Shown in pieces: positions 17,814-26,112 of a stretch of DNA of 38,233 bases. Position 1 is the first letter of the stretch; every line of letters starts with the position of its first letter. A model generated the notes under the pieces. The model was not told the DNA's origin and did not search any database. It saw only the letters and a list, made by a program, of their open reading frames with translations. A program made the position numbers and the translations under genes. The stretch comes from a virus (Duplodnaviria; Caudoviricetes): positions 1 through 38,233 of the IMG/VR virus record IMGVR_UViG_3300020042_008980; one strand, 5' to 3'.

Positions 17814-17819
17814 AGAGTC

Positions 17820-18035
17820 ATGGCCCTTAACAAAATCAATCATTTGGTGAAGAATGTCCCTGTGGACGCTAAGAAAATACTAGAAGGCCTTAAAACTGTG
17901 CGTATTCCAATCTCTCTTAGAATTGATGCAAGCCTTTGGGAGCGCTTTAAAAAGGCCATAGGCCAAGCCCCACAAAACAAGGTTATTGAACGCTTGCTAG
18001 AAGAATTTCTAAAAAGTCATGAGGCTAAGAAATGA
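17820..18035 (+). CDS. Ribbon-helix-helix (Arc/CopG-like) regulator
   Basis: RIPISLRIDASLWERFK...NKVIERLLEEFL; sits at the divergent promoter pair. Confidence 0.7.
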   Translation: MALNKINHLVKNVPVDAKKILEGLKTVRIPISLRIDASLWERFKKAIGQAPQNKVIERLLEEFLKSHEAKK

Positions 18036-18226
18036 AAATTTTACCGCTAACTAAAAAAGACATAACGCTTTTAAAGGTAATTCTTCAATCGCGAATTGAA
18101 TACATTGCCGATCTTTTGCCGTACTGTAAATTTTCAAAAAAAGGCGCTATTGAGCGAATACGGTATATAAAAGAACAAAAAGAGCTAAAAGCTTTGAAGG
18201 CTAAAATTGAAAAGGAGATAATGTGA
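18032..18226 (+). CDS. Hypothetical basic protein
   Basis: ATGA-coupled ORF. Confidence 0.55.
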   Translation: MKILPLTKKDITLLKVILQSRIEYIADLLPYCKFSKKGAIERIRYIKEQKELKALKAKIEKEIM

Positions 18227-18399
18227 TTTTCCTAATCTTAATCGTAGCCATTATCTATCTAGGTGTGGGCATCCTGTTCTACGACATCCTTGCCCCAAAC
18301 ATCTCCCTAGCTAAACACCCACTCACCAGAATTGCCCTTATCATTCTGCTTTGGCCAATCCTCTACGCCTACGCTGTCTATATAGCCAACAAATCTTAG
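18223..18399 (+). CDS. Small two-TM membrane protein (58 aa), absent from the ORF track
   Basis: AAGGAG SD, GTGA overlap; MIFLILIVAIIYLGVGILFY...IALIILLWPILYAY. Confidence 0.6.
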   Translation: MIFLILIVAIIYLGVGILFYDILAPNISLAKHPLTRIALIILLWPILYAYAVYIANKS

Positions 18400-18415
18400 T
18401 TATAGACGCACCGCA

Positions 18416-18432
18416 TAATATAGTTTATATTA
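18416..18432. promoter_or_regulatory. TAATATA-N3-TATATTA palindrome (perfect copies also at 26092 and 28168)
   Basis: Read directly from the sequence; the copies I found lie in or at the edge of intergenic gaps. Confidence 0.65.
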
Positions 18433-18440
18433 GTATTCAC

Positions 18441-18689
18441 ATGGCCAAATACTTAAGCCAAACTAAAGCCGTTATGGACACAAAACTAAATGCCAATGCC
18501 ATCTTCAAAACTCTACACGCTAAAGAACGTAAACAAATCCTTAGCATCACTATATCCCCCGATATTGCCGAGCAAATAAAAGCCATCATTGAACTAGAAA
18601 ACAAACGCTCTCACAAAAAGCACAACCTATCTAACGTCACTGAAGAACTCTACAAGGCCTTCATCAACTCCTATAAAGCCAAAAAATAG
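18441..18689 (+). CDS. Second ribbon-helix-helix-like regulator
   Basis: ILSITISPDIAEQIK...NLSNVTEELYKAF; preceded by a perfect TAATATA-N3-TATATTA palindrome. Confidence 0.55.
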   Translation: MAKYLSQTKAVMDTKLNANAIFKTLHAKERKQILSITISPDIAEQIKAIIELENKRSHKKHNLSNVTEELYKAFINSYKAKK

Positions 18690-18786
18690 CCACCCACCCC
18701 ATTGCGTATATTATCTTTTATATTATACATTCTAATATAGAGCCGAACAATCATCAGACGCGATTGCATGAACTCGGGAGGTACTA

Positions 18787-19212
18787 TTGTCTAAAGAGAA
18801 GAAGCCTCACGGTAGGCCATCCAAATATAAACCTGAATATGATGAAATGCTCATTCAACACCTAGCTGATGGCTATACCTTTGAATCGTTTTTAAGCAAA
18901 CTCCCAGACGTTAGCAGTGACGATACTCTCTATGAATGGCTTAAAGTTCATCCAACTTTTTCCGACGCCAAAAAGAAAGGCGTGGCTCTTGGCCGTTACT
19001 TTTGGGAACAAGTAGGTAAAGAAGGCATCACTGGTAAAAATACTAGAGTGAATTTCACAGGGTGGATTTTCATGATGAAAAATAGATACAAATGGCACGA
19101 TAACGTGCAAATCCAAAACATTGCCGATCCCACAGACAAATCCAAAGATACCCAAATCCAAAAACTCACCGAACAGCTAACAGCTATTAAATCCATGTCC
19201 GATGTCGAATGA
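18787..19212 (+). CDS. terS: Terminase small subunit
   Basis: GRPSKYKPEY, TLYEWLKVHPTFSDA, WIFMMKNRYKW motifs; GGGAGG SD with TTG start. Confidence 0.85.
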   Translation: MSKEKKPHGRPSKYKPEYDEMLIQHLADGYTFESFLSKLPDVSSDDTLYEWLKVHPTFSDAKKKGVALGRYFWEQVGKEGITGKNTRVNFTGWIFMMKNRYKWHDNVQIQNIADPTDKSKDTQIQKLTEQLTAIKSMSDVE

Positions 19213-19939
19213 ACTTAGCAAAGATGACGTCATTACTGCCTACAAAAGAGCTATTCAGAATCTCTATAAAGATTCGCTCTATCGTACATGCAAAGGCCTG
19301 CTAGGTTACAAAGACGTCAACACCACCACACATGCTGGCACTATTAAAGCCCTGCAATCTGATAGCCCTCGTAAGCTAATCATCCTGCCACGTGGATGCT
19401 TAAAGTCCTCTATCTGCACTGTCGCCTATCCTATTTGGAAGCTTTTGGTTAATCCTAACCTACGTATACTCATCGACTCTGAGCTCTACACCAACTCAAC
19501 TACCTACCTCCGTGAGATTAAAGCCCACTTAGAGAGCCCCACGTTTACTGATGTATTTGGGGAGTTTAAAACTAAGACTGATTGGACACAGGGGACTATC
19601 ACTATCGCTCAGCGTTCACACCCTTATAAGGAAAGTTCCATAACTTGTGGGGGTGTTGGAACCGTAAAGGTAGGCCAGCACTACGACATAATAATAGGCG
19701 ATGACTACAACTCTAATAAAAACTCAGACACCCCCGAAGGGCTAGAGAAGGTGCTTCGGCACTTCAAATATAACCAATCAATCCTAGAACCCAATGGAAC
19801 CTACATCATCGTATGTACGCGCTATGCATCACGTGACTGTGCCGGATATGTTCTTGATGAAATGCTCGGCCTTAAAGAAGAAAAGCTACAAGTTTCAGGC
19901 GTCTACGACACCGACACCAACACCACAGGCCTATTATAA
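19202..19939 (+). CDS. terL: Terminase large subunit, ATPase domain only
   Basis: Walker A LPRGCLKSS, Walker B IIIGDD, coupling motif IVCTRY; stops at 245 aa. Confidence 0.85.
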   Translation: MSNELSKDDVITAYKRAIQNLYKDSLYRTCKGLLGYKDVNTTTHAGTIKALQSDSPRKLIILPRGCLKSSICTVAYPIWKLLVNPNLRILIDSELYTNSTTYLREIKAHLESPTFTDVFGEFKTKTDWTQGTITIAQRSHPYKESSITCGGVGTVKVGQHYDIIIGDDYNSNKNSDTPEGLEKVLRHFKYNQSILEPNGTYIIVCTRYASRDCAGYVLDEMLGLKEEKLQVSGVYDTDTNTTGLL

Positions 19940-19979
19940 TATAAAGCATATTGCACTTTATCCGCATAAATCATAATAT
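19937..19979 (+). promoter_or_regulatory. Putative late promoter, near-duplicate of 34873-34915
   Basis: TAATATAAA...TTGCAC-tttatccgcataaatca-TAATAT. Confidence 0.55.
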
Positions 19980-19997
19980 CCTTTTAAGGGGTATCTT

Positions 19998-20306
19998 ATG
20001 GCTCGTGATGACGTATTTAATCCTGTTGGCGGTCAATTCTATGTAGGTTTATCCTCAGTGATAGGCCTTACTTGTTTGCCAGGGCAAAACTTCCTTTTAA
20101 TCAAAGCTACTGCCGCTGGTAACTCAGGGCTATATGTCGGGGGTGCTTCACTAAGCGTTGGCTTAGCTGGCATTACCTACGGAATGCAAATGGCCACAGG
20201 TGAACAACTCTCGTGGTCGTATTGTGACACACTAAACTTTTCTGCCGCTGGTAGCACCGCTACCGTTTCTTATCTCATCGGTAGATCATCTCCTGTGAGT
20301 ACATAA
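19998..20306 (+). CDS. Small virion protein, paralog of 21141..21431
   Basis: MARDDV..PV...FYVGLS..I, GQN, VGGASLS shared with the paralog. Confidence 0.7.
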   Translation: MARDDVFNPVGGQFYVGLSSVIGLTCLPGQNFLLIKATAAGNSGLYVGGASLSVGLAGITYGMQMATGEQLSWSYCDTLNFSAAGSTATVSYLIGRSSPVST

Positions 20307-20308
20307 CC

Positions 20309-21139
20309 ATGAGCGCTTTTAGAGGCATAGGACTTCCGGCACCTGCCGCAGATACCGATACTGGTATTACACAATTAACAGGCGATGTAACCGCTGGGCC
20401 CGGTAACGGAAGCCAAGCTGCTACCATCGCTGCCGATGCGGTAACAAATGCAAAGCTTGCTAACATGGACGCCAATAGCATTAAAGGTAACAACACTGGC
20501 GGTTCGGCTAACCCAGTGGATCTGACCGCAGCACAAGCGACCGCTATGCTTAGTGCTGTAGTAGGTGACTCCGGAAGCGGTGGAACAAAGGGCTTAGTGC
20601 CAGCGCCAGCATCGGGTGATGCGGCAGCGGCAAAGTTTTTAAAAGCAGACGGTACATGGGCGGCTCCTGCAGGATCGGCTTCTAGGCTTGTTCAAGTTGT
20701 AAATCATCAGACAGGTGCGGTTCTTACTGGCTCTACAACAATCCCGATCGACGATACAATTCCTCAGCAGTCTAACGAAGGCAATCAGCTATTTACTCTT
20801 TCAATCACACCTACAAACGCAAGTAATTTATTAAAGATTACTGTAAATGTAGTGTTAGCGCACACTGCGGCGACTTCAGTTATTACTACAGCACTTTTTC
20901 AAGGCACAACGGAAAACGCCATAGCTGCCGTTTCGCAAAACATGCCTACCGCTAGTAACTTGTTTATTGCAACACTTATTCACTATATGACAGCCGGAAC
21001 TACCTCCTCAATAAACTTTAGAGTTAGGTCGGGATCAAATTCCGCAGGAACTCTCGCGATGAATGGATCTACTGCTGGAACACGTCTCATGGGTGGCGTT
21101 ATGTCCTCATCAATAACAATAGAAGAAATATTGGCATAA
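20309..21139 (+). CDS. Fibre-like virion protein
   Basis: LTGDVTA...DAVTNAKL and GLVPAPASGD..KFLKADGTW fibre motifs; C-terminal knob-like domain. Confidence 0.7.
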   Translation: MSAFRGIGLPAPAADTDTGITQLTGDVTAGPGNGSQAATIAADAVTNAKLANMDANSIKGNNTGGSANPVDLTAAQATAMLSAVVGDSGSGGTKGLVPAPASGDAAAAKFLKADGTWAAPAGSASRLVQVVNHQTGAVLTGSTTIPIDDTIPQQSNEGNQLFTLSITPTNASNLLKITVNVVLAHTAATSVITTALFQGTTENAIAAVSQNMPTASNLFIATLIHYMTAGTTSSINFRVRSGSNSAGTLAMNGSTAGTRLMGGVMSSSITIEEILA

Positions 21140-21140
21140 A

Positions 21141-21431
21141 ATGAGCCGCGATGATGTATCAACACCAGTCACACAGAGATACTACGTAGGACTATCTGCT
21201 ATTTTGCAAATAGACCCTGTCGAAGGTCAAAACTGTTTATCAATCAAAGGTATTTCATTCACAACTCTAGAAGTTGGGGGTGCAACACTCTCATGGGGTA
21301 TTGGATGGCCGATGGCTCAAGGTGAAGTCCTTAGCTATAACGGTATGGCCCCATTTTATTTATGCGCAACAGGTTCCACAGCTTACGTTGCTATCTTCAG
21401 GGGTAGATCAACTGGCTTCGAGGAAACATGA
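21141..21431 (+). CDS. Small virion protein, paralog of 19998..20306
   Basis: MSRDDV..PV...YYVGLS, GQN, VGGATLS, FRGRS. Confidence 0.7.
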   Translation: MSRDDVSTPVTQRYYVGLSAILQIDPVEGQNCLSIKGISFTTLEVGGATLSWGIGWPMAQGEVLSYNGMAPFYLCATGSTAYVAIFRGRSTGFEET

Positions 21432-22600
21432 GAACAAGGGTGTTTTCTACAAGTAGCGGTGGCGGTGGCGCTACAGAATTTGCCGAATTAACAGACCTAA
21501 CAACCGCAGTAGTGCCAGAAATTAACATTGAGGCTACTGATAGTATAAATTGGACGAACACAGATATTCCTACTGGTATAAACTCCGGCCTGACTTTAAA
21601 TACAAATAGCTCTGAATTTTACACTCAAGGGCCGACTCTTTATGCAGCTTTTGGGGTAGACGTTAATGAAGTGGCCGGAACAGCGTATACATTCCAAGCT
21701 GGTGCTCAGACATTAGAGAAAGCCAACTACGGAGTGGGCGACACTACCCTTTTGGCGTATGTGTGTGTGCATAATTTCACTGGCGCTCCTGGGGCCAATG
21801 TCGTTGTAAATTACACGAAGAATTTAACCTTATTTTATGTAGCTAATGCTTCAGGCTCAACTGTTACGTTTGAAGGAGCTGGTGCGGAAACCTTTAACGG
21901 AAGCGCTACCATAGCTCTAGCAAACAATACCGCTTATATGTTTGTAGATGCCGCTAACACTGGGGCTTATCGAGTTTTTACTAATGATGCTTCGGGAATG
22001 ACAGCGCTTACCGGAGACGTTACGGCTTCTGGCACTGGGAGTGTGGCTACAACAATAGCTAACGATGCAGTGACGTATGCCAAAATGCAAAACGTATCTG
22101 CAACGGATAAGCTTTTAGGTAGATCAACAGCTGGTTCCGGTGACGTTGAAGAAATAGCATGCACAGCGGCAGGTAGAGCGTTGCTTGATGATGCCAATGC
22201 CGCTGCACAAGTAACCACTCTTGGATTAGATAATACAAAAATTACACCAATCACTCTTACAATAGATGGGGGTGGCTCTGCTATCACTACCGGAGTTAAG
22301 GCTTATTGGAGTTGTCCTTATGCTTGCACGATTCAATCTGTGACAATGCTTGCTGATATTTCAGGAGCTATTGTAATTGATATTTGGAAGGATACTTATG
22401 CTAACTATCCTCCCACGGATGCAGATTCAATAACAGCAAGCGCACCTCCAACAATTGCAGCTTCAGGAGTAAAATCTCAAGATTCTACTTTAACTGGTTG
22501 GACTTCTAGCATCACAGCTGGAGACACCTTGGCTTTTAATGTTGATAGCTGCGCGACTATTACAAAACTAACTTTAGTTCTAAAGGTGGTAAAAACCTAA
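21428..22600 (+). CDS. Fibre-like virion protein
   Basis: LTGDVTA...DAVTYAKMQNV and TAAGRALLDDA...LGL fibre motifs; IDGGGSAITTG C-terminal domain. Confidence 0.7.
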   Translation: MRTRVFSTSSGGGGATEFAELTDLTTAVVPEINIEATDSINWTNTDIPTGINSGLTLNTNSSEFYTQGPTLYAAFGVDVNEVAGTAYTFQAGAQTLEKANYGVGDTTLLAYVCVHNFTGAPGANVVVNYTKNLTLFYVANASGSTVTFEGAGAETFNGSATIALANNTAYMFVDAANTGAYRVFTNDASGMTALTGDVTASGTGSVATTIANDAVTYAKMQNVSATDKLLGRSTAGSGDVEEIACTAAGRALLDDANAAAQVTTLGLDNTKITPITLTIDGGGSAITTGVKAYWSCPYACTIQSVTMLADISGAIVIDIWKDTYANYPPTDADSITASAPPTIAASGVKSQDSTLTGWTSSITAGDTLAFNVDSCATITKLTLVLKVVKT

Positions 22601-24246
22601 TGGCTATTGGCTCAGCAATGTGTTGGGAAGTTCGCACAACAGGATCAAACACAGCATGTTCTGGTGGGTTTAATCCTGCCAATGGCATCATGATAAACGA
22701 TGGCGCTGCTACAAGTGCAACCACAGCTTCGCCTGTATTCACTTCTGCATCTTATACTTTTGTTGCTGGTGATGTTGGAGCTAAGTTATTTATACGCTCA
22801 GGAACCAATTGGATCCCCGGGTGGTATGACATAGCGAGTGTATCGGCAGGTGCCGCAACATTAACCGCTACAGCTGGCACTGCAACTTTGTACAATGGGG
22901 CTAACGGAACAACAAACACTTCGGCTAGTTTTATTCCAAGCACAGCAACAGGTTGTGCAACAACAGGTAGCCCAACAACGGCAACGTGGTCTGTAGATTA
23001 TTCACAACAAACTACTGCGAGATTCGCTTTTACTGATTTAGTTTCTGTGACATCTACAACAATAACCTCCGCAGCAAACCCTTTTGGAAAAAACTGTGTT
23101 GGAAATACAATACACATTACGTCTGGAACCTCTTGGACGGTACAAATCGTAGAAATAACACAAGTTAATACTGTTACGGCTACTGTAGAGAAATCTGTTG
23201 GTGGCGCTGGATTAACGGGTGGTAATGGTTACATGGGCGGAGCGCTTGCAGGGCCGCAATTAGGATTAGCTATTGCGACCAATGGCAATAAGTTTTGGAT
23301 AAAAAACGGAACGTATTCCGTGACGAGCACAAGCGCAAATGCAGTAGGAGGCAGACTAAACCTTGCTACTACAAATGTTATGCAAGGTTATGCCACTCAA
23401 AGAATGGACATGGGTACTCCCCCTATGTTTCAGGCAAGTGGGATTACAAACAACACGCTAGTTTCACTTACAAGCAATAGCTCAGTAATTAACGTCAAAG
23501 CAGATGGTGCCAGTCTTACAAACATCAGGGGCTTTGCATTGGCAAGTAACGTCAATTACGCTGATTCTTGTGTAGCTGTAAACTGCACCAATGGCGGTTT
23601 TAGTGATGGGAAACTTTATAAATGTTCTACTGATTCTTGTTCGATTGGGTACACTTATTCAACGGCAGCAAGCGCTCAGTATATGTACTGCGTTGCTAAG
23701 TCTAGTACAACCGTGGGTTTTCAAGTAACTCGAAGTGAATTGATCGGATGTATTGCGTCTCTATGTGCAAAAGGATTCGAAAATACTGCTGGCACAAGTA
23801 ACGAAGGAAATGTTTATGTAAATTGCACGGCATACGACAGCACAACGCTCGGCTTTGCATCAGTAAACGGAAACTGTTTATTTATTAAGTGCGTTGCCAC
23901 TTCTGGAACGTATGGGTTTTCTATTAACACTGGCAACAGTGGGGGTAGGTTAATTAGCTGTGCCGGATACAACAACTCTACTGCCGATGTTCTATATAGT
24001 GGAGCGGCTTCCGGCATGGGAATATATAACCAAGATTTTATAACTCTTTCTGCCGATCCATTTACGGATGCCTCAACTGGGGATTTTTCTTTAAATGATA
24101 CCGCAGGTGGTGGCGCGGAGTTGAAAGCTATAGCAGTTACCTTTCCAGCAATAATAGATACCATAACATATAACGATGTTGGCGCTGCTCAATCACAAGG
24201 TAGTGGCGGTGGCGGTGTAGCTGGTGGCTCTTGGGTTAGTGGGTAG
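22600..24246 (+). CDS. Tailspike-like protein with probable right-handed beta-helix
   Basis: WIKNGTY followed by ~21-23-residue repeats with Cys/Asn ladders (CxA...GF); DFSL...DVGA C-terminus. Confidence 0.65.
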   Translation: MAIGSAMCWEVRTTGSNTACSGGFNPANGIMINDGAATSATTASPVFTSASYTFVAGDVGAKLFIRSGTNWIPGWYDIASVSAGAATLTATAGTATLYNGANGTTNTSASFIPSTATGCATTGSPTTATWSVDYSQQTTARFAFTDLVSVTSTTITSAANPFGKNCVGNTIHITSGTSWTVQIVEITQVNTVTATVEKSVGGAGLTGGNGYMGGALAGPQLGLAIATNGNKFWIKNGTYSVTSTSANAVGGRLNLATTNVMQGYATQRMDMGTPPMFQASGITNNTLVSLTSNSSVINVKADGASLTNIRGFALASNVNYADSCVAVNCTNGGFSDGKLYKCSTDSCSIGYTYSTAASAQYMYCVAKSSTTVGFQVTRSELIGCIASLCAKGFENTAGTSNEGNVYVNCTAYDSTTLGFASVNGNCLFIKCVATSGTYGFSINTGNSGGRLISCAGYNNSTADVLYSGAASGMGIYNQDFITLSADPFTDASTGDFSLNDTAGGGAELKAIAVTFPAIIDTITYNDVGAAQSQGSGGGGVAGGSWVSG

Positions 24247-24269
24247 CACTATAAAGGTATTGAATTAAT

Positions 24270-24329
24270 TTCTGGGGGGTGTCGTAAAGTGGCGGCACTC
24301 TACTCCTAACACCCCCCAGAATCTTTTTT
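24270..24329 (+). terminator. Long hairpin, probable intrinsic terminator
   Basis: 13-bp perfect arms TTCTGGGGGGTGT/ACACCCCCCAGAA, inner stem GTAAAGTG-GCGG-CACTCTAC, then TCTTTTTT. Confidence 0.7.
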
Positions 24330-24342
24330 AAGTGAGGTTATT

Positions 24343-24774
24343 ATGACGCAAAATAAAACTCAGGTGGTGTTTACTAAGACCCACGCTATTGTCCTAGAAA
24401 ACAACTCTAGAAAGCTTAAGCATGGCTACGCTGTTTTAACTAATCCTAATTTTTTAGTAGGTGAAACTCCTAATAAATATTGGAAAATAGGTAAAAACAA
24501 TTCAGTTACTCCAATGAATCCCTTTGAGATGATTGAGCGTGATAAAGCAATCGATGCTTTAGGAATAGATACCGATTGCGACATTCTACAACCAGTCACA
24601 GAAAAAGGCGCTCCTGCTACTAAGCCTGTAATCCTACGATTAACTAATCCTTATTTTGCTCCTATTAAAGCTGATAAGGTTCCAGAAAAAACACAAAACA
24701 AGCTAGATTTAATCAATTTTATACAATTGCTTGTATTAGTTGGGGTGCTACTAGCTTTGGTATTTAAGCGATGA
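24343..24774 (+). CDS. Hypothetical protein with C-terminal TM anchor
   Basis: GAGG SD; FIQLLVLVGVLLALVF; ATGA-coupled to the nuclease gene. Confidence 0.65.
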   Translation: MTQNKTQVVFTKTHAIVLENNSRKLKHGYAVLTNPNFLVGETPNKYWKIGKNNSVTPMNPFEMIERDKAIDALGIDTDCDILQPVTEKGAPATKPVILRLTNPYFAPIKADKVPEKTQNKLDLINFIQLLVLVGVLLALVFKR

Positions 24775-25565
24775 AATGGGATGTAATCATAGAGAAAGCC
24801 ATACGCGATGATGGCTCGCTATTCTTTCCCGAAAAGCTAACCAAAGAGTTTCTACTTAACGTAAGAAAGTCTCAAGGTAGCTACATCTTTGCCAACCAGT
24901 ATATGAATCAAATCATCCCCGAGGATGAGAAGAAATTCAGAAAAGAATGGTTCCGCTACTACACCACCGCACCCGAAGGATGCTTTAACTTTGGCTTTAT
25001 TGACCCTGCTATATCTCAAAGAAAAGAGAGCGATTGGACGGCCCTTGTAATTGTCTCAGTAGACGAAGAGGGCCATTGGTGGGTGCGCATGGCATCACGT
25101 GGCAAACTCACCCCTACCGAAATTGTTAGCTTGGCTTTTAACGCAACAGAGAAATGGAACCTAAAGGCTATAGGCATTGAAAACATAGCCTACCAAGAAA
25201 GCTTACTGTATATGATAAAAGATGAGGGTAAACGTAGGGGACACTACTTACCTGCAGTAGGCATAGGAAAAGAGGATAACAGGTCAAAAGACACTCGCAT
25301 ACTTGGTCTAGTCCCTAGATTTGAATGGGGTAGAATAAGTCTAAGAGAAGGTTTATTTGATCTAGAAACTGAATTAAACTTTTTCCCAAGGGGTACAAAA
25401 GATATTATAGATGCCCTAGCACGCATAGAGCAGATAGCTTATGCACCACAAAGAAAGAGAGCGACGCATGAAATTCCCGACCCGCAATCCTCAGAATACG
25501 AATCCTACATCATCAAACAACTCATTAAACGAAATGGCAGAGCTAGTGACTCCGACGAAGAATAA
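24771..25565 (+). CDS. terL: Terminase large subunit, nuclease (RNase H-like) domain only
   Basis: DGSLFFPE...FANQYMN linker, FIDPA...SDWTA, IGIENIAYQ, FPRGTKDIIDAL. Confidence 0.85.
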   Translation: MKWDVIIEKAIRDDGSLFFPEKLTKEFLLNVRKSQGSYIFANQYMNQIIPEDEKKFRKEWFRYYTTAPEGCFNFGFIDPAISQRKESDWTALVIVSVDEEGHWWVRMASRGKLTPTEIVSLAFNATEKWNLKAIGIENIAYQESLLYMIKDEGKRRGHYLPAVGIGKEDNRSKDTRILGLVPRFEWGRISLREGLFDLETELNFFPRGTKDIIDALARIEQIAYAPQRKRATHEIPDPQSSEYESYIIKQLIKRNGRASDSDEE

Positions 25566-25857
25566 TACCGATGGTAATATGAAGCTTCGCGCTATCACTG
25601 ACCACTTCGGCCAAGAGATTAGGGACTTCCAAAGTGATATTGCACGTTGTCAGCATGAAGGGGTGCCTGAGCTAGAAGCTAGCCCTGAGATTATCAAGTA
25701 TTACAACCAAAAGGGTATGAATGGAACGGAGCATTTCATCTATCAAGGCATTACTGTCTATCCTGTTGGTAGAACCCAAGAGATTAAAGATAAAGAACAA
25801 GAGCAAATGAACAAGCGCAATCATGGCGTTAAAGAAGGCACACTTAAGGGCCTATGA
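25534..25857 (+). CDS. Hypothetical protein (start uncertain)
   Basis: ORF between the nuclease and portal genes; ATGA-coupled downstream. Confidence 0.55.
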   Translation: MAELVTPTKNNTDGNMKLRAITDHFGQEIRDFQSDIARCQHEGVPELEASPEIIKYYNQKGMNGTEHFIYQGITVYPVGRTQEIKDKEQEQMNKRNHGVKEGTLKGL

Positions 25858-26057
25858 TCGAGTACGCATCTATCGGGGTGTTGCTGGCTATCGTATTGAT
25901 ACAGCAATACTCCATTCAAAAACTCGTCAATAAATTGATGTGCCGGAACCTACATGAGTATGTAACGGCCAATGGGCTTAAAACACGTCCTATGTCTAAC
26001 GGCAAAACCGATCATGGGGCCGTTGAGGATATGGGTGTGTTAGGTGAGTTTAGCTAA
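25854..26057 (+). CDS. Small membrane protein
   Basis: N-terminal hydrophobic segment; immediately before the portal gene. Confidence 0.55.
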   Translation: MIEYASIGVLLAIVLIQQYSIQKLVNKLMCRNLHEYVTANGLKTRPMSNGKTDHGAVEDMGVLGEFS

Positions 26058-26112
26058 TAAACATTATTCCCATTGCGTATAATATGAATAGTAATATAAA
26101 TTATATTATTGA

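Noticed and set aside
19940-24770. Group I/II intron, intein or transposon interrupting terL
   Set aside because: The interval holds ordinary structural genes; no homing endonuclease, maturase, transposase or terminal repeats are visible.
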